A stretch of 63,780 nt of DNA, counting the filler, from Octopus bimaculoides (Eukaryota), in the NCBI RefSeq assembly GCF_001194135.2. It is 6 parts of 6 records of this genome, joined end to end, with 100 filler letters (N's around TTAATTAATTAA, not from the genome) between each part and the next. Parts side by side here need not be neighbours in the genome. Positions count along the whole stretch, not along the records: positions 23,571 to 31,374 come from NC_068991.1; positions 31,475 to 36,934 come from NC_068999.1; 4 more parts are not named here. One strand, written 5' to 3'. The translations under genes were made by a program, and so were the position numbers. This document shows, in pieces, positions 23,711 to 35,404 of the stretch. The notes below the pieces were generated by a model, which was given only the letters and a program-made list of their open reading frames with translations, ran no database searches and had not been told where the DNA came from. Each line of letters starts with the position of its first letter. Position 1 is the first letter of the stretch.

Positions 23711-24899
23711 ATTTTATCTAAACTTTGGTTCCTAATTCCAAATCTGCCCTTAGATTTCGCGTATCGAAACAATTTTATTTAGAAGCGAATTTTCTTTACT
23801 ACCGTAATGCAATATGCATATTTGTAGAAGAGAATTGCCAGTTATATGATTTAATAGCTTGCATAGTCAATTTAGCTGTTTTATGAGAACTATTCGTTTT
23901 CACCTATATATATATATATACATCATTATATTTACATATATGGAAATTCGATATATTTTGTAAAAACAAATGTATCTATATTTTTTATAAAATTAGCATA
24001 TTTTTTATAATGTTGTAGTCATCTTTGTCCAACTCAACCAAAGAAAAGACAGTAAAATGCACCAAATGTCGCTGAAATGATATTTATAATAGTCAATAGT
24101 ATTATGTTTTTGGTATAAATACATCATTAATCTACAACTTCAGTCCTTTCCGTGCTCATTCGACATCTGAAGATATAATCATAAGCATTAAAAAAAGAGG
24201 TAAGTTCAGTAAGTGTACTTTCGAAGGAACCGACTTTCTCTTCTTAGTCTCTCGAGCATATTCCCTTACTTGTTTCCCTCTTGGATACCAATAATAATCT
24301 GCTATCACATTTGAATGCCATTATCCCGGGTATATATATATATATTTTTCATTATATTTTAAATTTTGGTCGAGACACTCTCCTTGTTCTTTACTAATAT
24401 TCTCCAAATAGGCAAGAAATTATTAGTCAAAATTCCTTTTGATATGATATACTTTAAATCGCAAATACAAGCAACCGAAGGATCTTTCGGGTAACGTTTC
24501 TCGATAGAATGAGTTTCTCAGAGAGCAAGGACTCTTTCCAGTTTGAGCTGTAACTTCTCCGAATTAAGAGGTCACACGTTCGATATTACAGACCAGAAAT
24601 CAGATTGCCATAAGAAAGAATCTAATGCAGTTTCTTCAAGCCCAGCCAACCGACAGGAAACTTGGGAGGAGACCAAGAAGGAAATGGATTATATCCATTG
24701 GTCACGCTTGGGAACCCCCTAGGAAAGTTACTGGGAGTTGCTTCTTATAGAACCTTCTGTTGGATGTGCCCCACGTTTCTACCCCAACAACTCTCCCAGG
24801 AATAGTGCGTGGTAAAAATGGATGGATGGATGGATACTTATATTACATGCTAGCTTCCTAAGTTCATGGTTTCGTATTTGTTGCTGTCCATTTTTTTTT

Positions 24900-26655
24900 T
24901 TTGTAATTTCTGTGAAATATTATCTAGGAATTTATCATGAAAGATTTAAGAAAGCACTTTAAAAGTTAATCTCTCTTTAATATTCTCATTTTCGGCCCAG
25001 CAAAAACATCTTTCTTCAATTTCTATGGCTTTGGACCAGGAAATTTTTCACACGTATCTTATAAAAATGACGTGATCTTCATCAGACCAAGTTTCATATG
25101 AAATACTGAGAACAAAATGTGTTCTGCTTTTACTAAGAGGAAGTGTTTTTGATATTTGCTGTCCAATATCGAAATCTCTTCTTTCTGGACATTTCGTCTT
25201 CAGACAGCGATAAGCTTTAGCTCACTGCTCTACAAAGAAAAAAGGTATTTAATGTAACTGGTTTGCTCATTAATATGTTAATCACTTTTCAAATGTCTAC
25301 TAATCACCCAAATGTGTTCGATGTACATGAAATTTGTCAGTACTATTTTCGTGGGTTCATCACTTTCTTAAATGTACAGATTGGCACATCAATACTGAAG
25401 CAAGCACGTTCTAATTACTCAACAAAATAGAATTTAAACACTTCTATCAGTTGCTATTCACCCCATTCATTTTTATGATGCTATTTCACAAACCATTTTC
25501 ATCAAGGTGGCAAAACAATGCCACATTCCATTCTGAAGCACTTCACAGAAATTTGTTTAGCTCCATGGAAACTAAATTTTAATCCCAGAGGAGCAGGCTA
25601 TATTGATTCAACCTAGTTCCCTTCGAATTCTGCTGAGATCTTTGAAAGATTTAAATCACACATTAACTCATATAAATTAGACCAGGTGTAAGTAGACTGT
25701 GTATACGTTTTATCCTTAGTGCTTTCCTGTGGAATGCAGTTGTCAGGTTCGATAATAACATCTAAGCCATTGAACAAGGAAAGCGGTACTATGGCTTCAA
25801 GCAAATTTGAGGAGTTTCTTTCTGATTGTTAGCTGCCTCCAGAAATATCAAACATACAAATTTACCAATCTACAGGATGGTTCCTAAGCTTTCACCCGAA
25901 CCACTGAAACATACATGATGACTCTCCACTAGTGACTAACGAAGATCGTCACTGACCTTTAAGAATATGGTGAGCAAATTTATTTTTTACATTTTTTGCA
26001 CTTGTGGCTCCGCTGGTGACTAATGAACCCAGCCCTTAATAAACTTGATAAACACACACGCGCAGATATTCAGATATTGCAGACCAAGCTTCTTCCAATC
26101 CCATTATACAATTAGACCACTGTCCTATATTTACAACGCATGTTCAGCAAAATGGTAGGCGACTATGATTTCACTTCATCACCCATTTTCTCTTCAAAAT
26201 AGATGAAAAATGATTTTACAAAACCTGTAACAGGTTCCATTTGGGTTCTTATCACAAAAGATCCACAAATATCCGGAAAACATCCAGCTGATCCGCACAT
26301 TCTCCGCTATTAGTATTAGTCACGTTTGATCCCAATCCTTATCATATCGCATTTACAATATATGGTAATATATAGTATTTCATCACTGTCTGTCGATCAG
26401 ATCAAGATTATGGACAAGCAAGGTATAATTAGCAAGTCATGTTTTTTTTTTATTAATCAGAGAAGATCTAGGATTATTTTATCCAATGCGGACATCCTTT
26501 TCCTCTTTAATTGGAAATGATGAATTTCTGGGCATCGTTTGGCTGAGGTAGATCCAGCAGTATGATAGACGTCTTCTTGTCCACCTAGTTAAAGTGGCTA
26601 CTTCAGCAGGATGCATATCGATACTTAAGTAGATCATTGCTGTCCGTGTTAAATG
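24900..26655 (-). mobile_element. Chapaev3-like (CMC superfamily) DNA transposon relic
   Basis: Frameshifted motifs in the expected order: ICGSFVIRTQ..VTGFVK..YFEEKMGD; RNHPVDW*IC; LYELMCDLNLSKISAE..GTRL; HIWVIS..LKVI; ILFSVFHMKLGLMK; KFPG..VFAGPKMR. Possible terminus CACGG after TAA near 26655. Superfamily name is from recall of the PLHIKLGLMK family. Confidence 0.7.
25910..26104 (-). repeat. 195-bp element, copy 1, interrupting the transposase relic
   Basis: 9 mismatches by eye versus 29075-29269, same end points. Confidence 0.9.
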
Positions 26656-27060
26656 TGTGTGTGTGTCTGTGTGTGCGTTTGTGTGTGCGTCTGTGTGTGT
26701 GTGTGTGTGTCTGTGCGGATATATATGTATATGTAAATACATATATATATATATATATATGCATGCATATACCTTTATATATAAGTACATATAAATACAC
26801 ACACACACCTATCTATATAGGTACATAGATGAATACATTACTTAGATAAAATGATGCAGATGTACTTATATATATATATATATATATATACTTATATATA
26901 TGTACATATATATAAATATATATATAAATGAGAGGAAAAGACAATTTTTTTTTTCTTTTGCCCTTATTTATAAATGTTTATAATTTTCACCTCAAAAGGT
27001 ATTTTAGTGTGCTGGCCACTGATAGAATTTTTTGGGAAAAATGTTATACTTAGACGTATA

Positions 27061-27096
<36 letters not shown>

Positions 27097-27174
27097 TGAA
27101 TGTATGTATGTATGTATGTATGTATGTATAGATAGATAGATATATATATAGATATAGATAAGCTGACCACTACA

Positions 27175-27350
27175 TTTATATTTTTTCTCCTTGTTTTTCT
27201 CCTTGTTTCTTTGTGTTCCTTTCAGTTGAAGAGCATAGGCTCGAAACTTCAAAGACTTTCTCTATTCCCAAGCGTTAAACTAATACATCCATTTGTTGTT
27301 TACACCACTTGTCTTCGTGTGTTGTTTTTTTTTTCGTAAATTCTCCTATA
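27175..27350 (+). mobile_element. Penelope-like pseudo-LTR-type fragment with a degenerate hammerhead motif
   Basis: CUUU-CAGUUGA-A-GAGC/auag/GCUC-GAAAC-UUC-AAAG at 27218-27254; flanked by TA-rich repeats; PLE origin is inferred. Confidence 0.5.
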
Positions 27351-27462
27351 GATATATATGTATATATACATATAAGAGGGATGACCACTAAGTGGACGTT
27401 CATTTTGCTAGAGATGGACCACCTATGGTCTGACCACTAAAAGATACAAAATATAAAGATTA

Positions 27463-27533
27463 ATCAAAGACCGGTTTCGTTGTCACCACTTACGTAATTA
27501 CTTACGTAATTGTCCGCAGCTCTTCAGTATAAT
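27463..27533 (-). ncRNA. Type I hammerhead ribozyme motif (left arm of foldback)
   Basis: AUUAUA-CUGAAGA-GCUG...CAAC-GAA-ACCGGU-C^UUUGAU; canonical core, GUC at 27471-27469. Confidence 0.75.
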
Positions 27534-27614
27534 CATACCGAAGAGTTGCTGACAATAACGTAAGTGATTACGTAAGTAACTACGTAAGTGGTGACAACGA
27601 AACCGGTCTTTGAT
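27532..27614 (+). ncRNA. Type I hammerhead ribozyme motif (right arm of foldback)
   Basis: AUCAUA-CCGAAGA-GUUG...CAAC-GAA-ACCGGU-C^UUUGAU; U4C core change, GUC at 27606-27608. Confidence 0.7.
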
Positions 27615-27651
27615 GTGCAGACACATACATACATACATACATACATACATA

Positions 27652-27894
27652 TTGGGTTGGTGCATAATTATTGCGGCTTTTTTGCAACTAATTTTATTCA
27701 ACTAGAACAATACCAACATGTAAAAAAAACAACTTTAAATGATTATTCCGGCATCTACTTCAATTACTGCTTCCAGACGGCCAAACCATAATTTAAAGAT
27801 ATTTTTGCTAAATACTGTCATTGTTTTTGTTGAATAAAATTTGTTGAAAACAAAAAAAAAAAAAAAAAGCCGCAATAATTATGCACCAACCCAA
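27652..27894. mobile_element. Mariner MITE (243 bp)
   Basis: TIR TTGGGTTGGTGCATAATTATTGCGGCTTTTTT at both ends, TA flanks at 27650-51 and 27895-96, inside (CATA)n. Confidence 0.95.
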
Positions 27895-27914
27895 TACATA
27901 CATACATACATACA

Positions 27915-28298
27915 TTGTTAGCACTACGTCGCTTACGACGTCGAAGGTTCCAGTTGATCCGATCAACGGAACAGCCTGCTCGTGAAATTAACGTGCAAGT
28001 GGCTGAGCACTCCACAGACACGTGTACCCTTAACGTAATTCTCGAGGATATTCAGCGTGACACAGTGTGACAAGGCTGACCCTTTGAATTACAGGCACAA
28101 CAGAAACAAGAAGTAAGAGTGAGAGAAAGTTGTGGTGAAAGAGTACAGCAGGGTTCGCCACCATCCCCTGCCGGAGCCTCGTGGAGCTTTAGGTGTTTTT
28201 CGCTCAATAAATACTCACAACGCCCGGTCTGGGAATCGAAACCGCGATCCTATGACCACGAGTCCGCTGCCATAACCACTGGGCTATTGCGCCTCCAC
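27915..28298 (-). mobile_element. SINE family C, full length
   Basis: Head GGAGGCGCAATAGCCCAGTGGTTATGGCAGCGGACTC...GGTTTCGATTCC with A/B boxes; close to 61495-61880. Confidence 0.9.
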
Positions 28299-28787
28299 TC
28301 TACATACATACAAATGAGGAAACAATCTTAGAAGAAAAACGACGAGCAATGTTGGTGCAGTAAAGAATATGTAATTAATAACAGCAAACGAAAGATGTGT
28401 ATGGGTGAGAACTAAATACGAAAAGAATATAAATAATAATAATAATAATAGTAATACGACAAAATTTAAGAGACAGTGGCAACAATAACAACAACAGCTA
28501 TAACAGCTAAAAGAAACTGTCAGTTGAGAGAAAGGGGGGAGAAGTGGAGAGAGGGTGTGTAAAATAAGCAGAGAATGAAGGTAAAGGATATTTCGAAAAG
28601 GTCAGTTCTTTCCAGAGCCAGACAGCTGTTATTTACCTATATAGATAAAGTTACATATTTACATATATACATGCACACGTATGTATGTATGCATGTATGT
28701 ATGTATGTATGTATGTATGTATGTATGTATGTATGTATGCTTGTATGTATGTATGTAAATATATATATAGGGAAAGAGAGAGAGAAC

Positions 28788-28843
<56 letters not shown>

Positions 28844-29074
28844 TACAAGCAAAGTGCAAGATATCCAGCTGAGTAGGAGGGCAACGGGTCTTAGTATACG
28901 AGTTAGCCTTCTCCTAGAGGAATCCCTTGGCAAAGACCAGGGATCATCCCTGATGCCCAGTGCGCTACAGCCCCCTCGGCCACTAACACGAGTATTCCTA
29001 AGTACCGACGCACACATACATACATACATACATACATACATACATACATACATACATGCATACATACACACATA

Positions 29075-29269
29075 CATACATGATGACTCTCCACTAGTGA
29101 CTGACGAAGATCGTCACTGACCTTTAAGAATATGGTGAGCAAATTTATTCTTTACATTCTGTACACTTATGGCTCCGCTGGTGACTAATGAACCCAGCCC
29201 TTAATAAACTTGATAAACACACATGCGCAGATATTTAGATATTGCAGCCCAAGCTTCTTCCAATCCCAT
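29075..29269 (-). repeat. 195-bp element, copy 2, adjoining (CATA)n
   Basis: About 95% identical to 25910-26104. Confidence 0.9.
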
Positions 29270-29754
29270 ACGTTTTCAAGCAGCTAGTTTAAATTTTGTT
29301 TTCTCGCCATAATAGCAATAGCGAAAGAGGTGATATGATATGGAAGACGCGTGGAAGAGGTGTCGCATCAGGCATCTACGTCTCCGGACATGCTTTAGTG
29401 AATCCCTCTTTATATCACCTAAGAGTAAAAGCATGTCTGGAGAGGAAATGCCTGATGGTAAAAAAGTACGAAAGAAAATGGAAGAAAGTAGCCCGAATGT
29501 TGAGTATGTAAGTGCCAAATTAAGCGGAGTAAAAAAAAATAAATGAGACAATAAACGGTGCAACGCAAGAATGTGGTTGGTGGAGTCAAAGCCATTCCGC
29601 GTCCATTAATTTTTTGTTTCTCATTTCTCATTCGCAATTATAATATATTTATTCATGTAATATCATTTGATAAGTCCCCGACCCCATTTGTCCCTTGTAT
29701 TGTCTCCGTTTTGTTTAACCCTTGTGGTTTTAATAAAATCATCTCTTTATTCTT

Positions 29755-29966
29755 TACTCTTTCACTTGTTTCAGTCATTTGACTGCGGCCATGCTGGAGC
29801 ACCGCCTTTAGTCGAGCAAATCAACCCCCAGGACTTATTCTTTGTAAGCCTAGTACTTATTCTATCGGTGTCTTTTGCCGAACCGCTAAGTTACGGGGAC
29901 GTAAACACACCAGCATCGGTTGTCAAGTGATGTTGGGGGGACAAACACAGACACACAAACACACGC

Positions 29967-30025
<59 letters not shown>

Positions 30026-30225
30026 CATATATANNNNNNNNNNNNNNNNNNNNNNNNNNNNNNNNNNNNNNNNNNNNNNNNNNTCAGTTTCCGTCTACCA
30101 AATCCACTCACAAGGCTTTGGTCGGCCCGAGGCTACAGTAGAAGACACTTGCCCAAGGTGCCCACACAGTGGGACTGAACCCGGAACCATGTGGTTGGCA
30201 AGCAAGCTACTTACCACACAGCCAC
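29755..30225 (-). mobile_element. SINE family B, full length (gap in central microsatellite)
   Basis: Both halves are near the in-window majority sequence. Confidence 0.9.
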
Positions 30226-30659
30226 TCGTTTCAATTCACGAAGAATTTAAACGTTTTTTTTTTTTTCATTTTTTCGACAACAAACACTCCTTGCTCTGCT
30301 TGTTTCCTCCATTAGTGGAGCTAACAAGTATTGCTTTCCCTATCGACATCCCATATTTCATATGTTTTCAACGTGAACTTTACACAATCGTAGTCTTGGT
30401 TTCTTCGGGGGAAGATTTCCACAAACAAGTTCACCATATAGCATCCGCTTAGTGATCCTCCGATCATTCATCAAAACAAGGATGGTTGTGCACCATCGCC
30501 TCAATGCTCTAGACGTTGGCTTCCCTCAAGACCTCCATGTCTGCATCCTTGTCATCCCTGGGCGGGGTGGTCACAGCTGGTTTGCCTTTGATCATAGATC
30601 TACCTGATCAAGCTTGAATTGCGGCTGATCAACATTATAATAAATTACAAATTTTATAG

Positions 30660-31374
30660 TACCAACAACAGCATCAGCAAGTCCATTACCACCAATGCCA
30701 ATACCAATATCACCACAACCACCATCATACCGCCACCAGCACAAGCAGCAGCATCACTAACATCATCAGCTTCCCACCACAACTACCATCACTATCACCC
30801 CAAAACCGACATAAACACTACCACCAACACAACCACCACAACCAACACCATCACCACAACCACCATCATCACCACAACTACCACCACCAAGACTACCACC
30901 ATTACTACCACCACCGCTACCACTACCACTGCTACTACTGGCGGGCCACTATCAAACCATTACTAACCTCACTATCATCACCAAATCCACCAACAATACC
31001 ACCATGGCCACTACTACAATTACTGCTACTACTACTTCTACTACTACCATTGGAACCACCAGAACCATCACCACTACCATAACCATTTCAACCAGCACAA
31101 GCAACAGTACCATTAACACCATCAACCACATCACCATTGCCACAAAAACCATGGACACGATCAACACCACCATCACGACCATCCCTACTATCACTACTAC
31201 CACTGGCACCACCACCACCACCACCACCATTACCACATTCCTACCACTACTACCAACGCCAACGCCGCCACAACCACTAGCGCCAGTAGCACCAATAATT
31301 CTGGTACTAGCACTGCTATTACGACCCAACCACCACGAACGACACCAGCAACACCACCACCACCACCACCACCA
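30660..31374. repeat. Degenerate (ACC/ACT/ATC)n trinucleotide low-complexity tract
   Basis: Direct reading; gives Thr-rich and Val-rich spurious ORFs. Confidence 0.9.
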
Positions 31375-31497
31375 NNNNNNNNNNNNNNNNNNNNNNNNNN
31401 NNNNNNNNNNNNNNNNNNTTAATTAATTAANNNNNNNNNNNNNNNNNNNNNNNNNNNNNNNNNNNNNNNNNNNNTATATATATATATATATATATGC

Positions 31498-31855
31498 GCA
31501 TGCGTGGCTGTGTGGTAATAACTTGCTTACCAACCACATGGTTCCAGGTTCCGTCCCACTGCATAGCACCTTGGGCAAGTGTCTTCTTGGGCCAACCGAA
31601 ACCATATATATATATGTGTGTGTGTGCGTGTGTGTCTGTGTCTGCTTGTGTGTTTGTTTTTGTCCTCCCAACATCACTTGTCAACCAATGCTGGTGTGTT
31701 TATGTCCCCATAACATAGCGGTTTGGCAAAAGAGAACGATAGAATAAGTATTATGCTTACAAATAATAAGCCCCGGGATAGATTTGCTCGACTAAAGGTG
31801 GTGCTCCAGCATGACCGCAGTCAAATTACTGAAACAAATAAAAGAATAGAAGAAT
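31498..31855 (+). mobile_element. SINE family B, full length
   Basis: gcgtggctgtgtggtaa...ggtgctccagcatgaccgcagtc. Confidence 0.9.
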
Positions 31856-31980
31856 ATCCATCCAAAGTGTAACTTATTGTCTTTTTTTATCGTACTCTGT
31901 CCACTTTTTGTTCTCTGTACCTGCCATTCACTGCTTGACGCTTACCACCTTCCTACACTTGGATCCCTGGAATATATATA

Positions 31981-32017
<37 letters not shown>

Positions 32018-32044
32018 GGACAGGCCACTTATCTNNNNNNNNNN

Positions 32045-32095
<51 letters not shown>

Positions 32096-32556
32096 AAAGA
32101 GAGAGAGAGAGAGAGAGAAAGACGTACATAGAGAATCCCGTTATAAAAGAGGATGTAAAGATGTGTGCACATGTAATTAGGAATGAAACCTGCATTTTCA
32201 AAAAAAAAAAGAAAAAAGAAGAAAAAAAGAAAAAGAAAAGATATCAGGTGGAGTTGATTCCATTGTCTGAAGACATTTGAAAACCAGTTTGTGTAGAATT
32301 AGTTTCTTCTGAGCAAATAAAAGCCAATTGTGAGGTCAGAAACTGGAGCTGTTGTTAGCTTGTTTGAGCAATTCATCTAGAAAGATAACCCAGTGACTGA
32401 GTGATTCCAATACTAAACCACTGGCACCAGTGCATGTGTCCTCAATTAGTTTGAGCACTGTTGCCATTGTTACCAACTAGTTTGGAATGAGCCAATGAGA
32501 TGCGCCCTTTGTATGTTCACCAGAACTGTTAAAAATAGCTCCCAATGTTCCCTTAA

Positions 32557-33104
32557 CCCTTTCAATACCAACCTACCCAAGATTGCCTTTGGTTCAGGAT
32601 ACAAATTTCCTGTTTTAAAGAAATCTGAATTAAAACCTTCACTCAAAATTCATTATTAATTTGTCTTCTAAACACCAGCTTTTTAATTAGTTATTTTACT
32701 AAATTCTTCATTATTTCCAAAATTAATTGCAACGGCTATTGCAATTAATTGCAATAGCTTGCTTACCAAACACATGGTTCCGGGTTCAGTCCCACTACGT
32801 GACACCTTGGGCAAGTGTCTTCTACAGCCTCGGGCCGACCAAAGCCTTGTGAGTGGATTTGGTAGACGGAAACGTCTGTGTTTGTCCCCCAATATCGCTT
32901 GACAACCGATGGTGGTGTGTTTATGTCCCTGTAACTTAGCGGTTCGACGAAAGAGACGGATAGAATAAGTACTAGGCTTACAAAGAATAAGTACTGGTGT
33001 CGATTTGCTCGACTAAAGGCGGTGCTCCAGCATGGCCGCAGTCAAATGACTGAAACAAGTAAAAGAGTAAAGGCAATTTCAACAAAAAAACGGTAACAAA
33101 AGGG
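32557..33104. mobile_element. piggyBac-type MITE interrupted by a SINE B
   Basis: TTAA|CCCTTTCAATACC ... GGTAACAAAAGGG|TTAA (TTAA at 32553-56 and 33105-08). Confidence 0.8.
32755..33072 (+). mobile_element. SINE family B nested in the MITE
   Basis: Family B sequence with short central region and gagtaaa tail. Confidence 0.9.
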
Positions 33105-33239
33105 TTAAGTTATTATGTCGCCTTAAAAAGAGATTGTCATGGTTGTACTGCCGTTGATCATAGATCTGCTAAGTTAAGGTTTGCCTTGGGCTAAACACCA
33201 ACAAATAATTGTTTTGAGCGAGCCAGAAATGTAGTCTCT

Positions 33240-33470
33240 ATGACTCACATGTGAGAAATAGCAGCCAAATCCCTCCCTAAATTGCAATGTACTGTCTTAG
33301 AGAAAGGCATGTTGGATAATCTGGTGTTGGGGTTCCCTGCATGCTTGTGGGCAAAAACAATATGGGGTGGTCACGGACAGAATGTCTTTGTTCCTATATG
33401 CCTGCTTGATCTGGAAGTGACCTGGGATTAAACAACAACAACAACAATAATAGCAACAACAAAAACAGCA
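33240..33470 (+). mobile_element. Unclassified retroposon 3' end with (AAC)n tail
   Basis: ggtcacggacagaatgtctttg...gacctgggattaaacaacaac; related pieces at ~30570-30615, ~33135-33210 and ~34955-35015 (minus). Confidence 0.5.
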
Positions 33471-33602
33471 ACAACAGCTGTTTTTGAATGAATTGGAAAA
33501 TAATTACACTGCTAAACATTTTTATAGAAAACCCTGTCGTCTCTAAAGGTTAAAGACAGCAAGACTAGACTTGCAGTCAGTGTGGCAGAAATAAATATAT
33601 AA

Positions 33603-33650
<48 letters not shown>

Positions 33651-34119
33651 TCACAAAGTTTATTTTTATTATTTCTGCTAGAATATCATGATTGATGTAC
33701 TTGATTTTCGAGGACGCAGTGTAAAACACATTGAATAAGAAGGGCTGGTTGGCATAGTGTCCAAACTGTACAATCATCAGTTAATTTGGTCAGTCGTCGT
33801 AGACGATGTAAACAAATGTTTCTAATTAATTACCATAGGTTGTAATAGTATCCGAGGAACACCAAGAGTATCTTGTATAACAACGGAACACCCCCCCCCC
33901 CCCCCCACCATCTTGCTACCCCACCTTACTCTGCCCTGCCCTGCCTTATATCATATTTGTATGCCACAAAATGAAAACCAGGCTTGGTTTACCAGCCGTT
34001 GGTCAGGAATGAGTTACTCCAAGTGCTGGAAATCACAGCTATTCAGCTTTTTTTTATGTATTAAAAGGCAGTCTTCGTTTGTATTGAATCCTGTAATTTA
34101 TCACTTCCAGTGAATCAAC

Positions 34120-34162
<43 letters not shown>

Positions 34163-34604
34163 TAGATAGATATATAAATTTAAATAATAAGGGTGAAAAA
34201 TCGAATATTAATTTGATTAATATCAATTTAAAACCAGTGATCTATCATATTGAAAAAATCTGAAGATTCAGAAAAATTATATTACATCCCCCTTATATGT
34301 ATATATAAGACATACACACACACACATATATANNNNNNNNNNNNNNNNNNNNNNNNNNNNNNNNNNNNNNNNNNNNNNNNNNNNNNNNNNNNNNNNNNNN
34401 NNNNNNNNNNNNNNNNNNNNNNNNNNNNNNNNNNNNNNNNNNNNNNNNNNNNNNNNNNNNNNNNNNNNNNNNNNNNNNNNNNNNNNNNNNNNNNNNNNNN
34501 NNNNNNNNNNNNNNNNNNNNNNNNNNNNNNNNNACACACACACACACACACACACACACGTAGAAATATATATATAGACACGCACACATATATATATTTT
34601 GATA

Positions 34605-34657
<53 letters not shown>

Positions 34658-35404
34658 GCAGATAGACATATATATGTAGTGTAGATAGATATACATTTAT
34701 TTATCTATATACATAGCCAGATACATGCTTTCACACAGGTATATACAGATAAATGGGTACACTCACATATATATATATATATGAATATATACATATACAG
34801 GTACATGCATATATAGATAGCTACGTAGATATTTATGTGGTGCAAAGGTTAAAATCAGCAATAATGTTATTTGTAAAGATATGAATTTTTAACATGAATT
34901 TTCTGTTTCAATACTAATCAACACTGTTTTTGTTGTTGTTGCTGTTTTTCTTCTTTAGCCCCCCTCCCCCCACACCCCAGGTCAGCTCTGATCAAACAGA
35001 ATTATGAATCAAAGACATGAGCAACGACGGTCATCACCATCGTCATCGTCGTCGTCATAGTGTGATGCCCACTTTTCTGTGCTTGCATGGGTTAGACAGA
35101 ATTTGCTGGGGTAGATTTTCTGTGATGGGATGCTCTTACTGTCACTTACTCTCATCTGTATGACTGTGATGCTCATTTACAGCCAACACAATATCAGGAC
35201 AGGGTGAACACACATACATATACATACACACAAACAATAGGTTTCTTCCAGTCTCCATCTATCAAACCCACACACAAGGCCTTAGTCGGCTTGGGGCCAT
35301 AATAAAAAAAAAAGACATTTACATTCTAAGTTCAAATCCTTCTACGTTTGACTTAACCATTCACCCTTTCCAGAGTGGATTTGAACAGCCTGAGTCCCCC
35401 ACAC

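Noticed and set aside
29097-29119. CTGACGA inside the hairpin AGTGAC/GTCACT
   Set aside because: No GAAA or stem III; the other copy reads CTAACGA
30619-31426. Mucin-like Thr-rich ORFs
   Set aside because: Degenerate trinucleotide repeat, open in several frames, no splice or domain evidence
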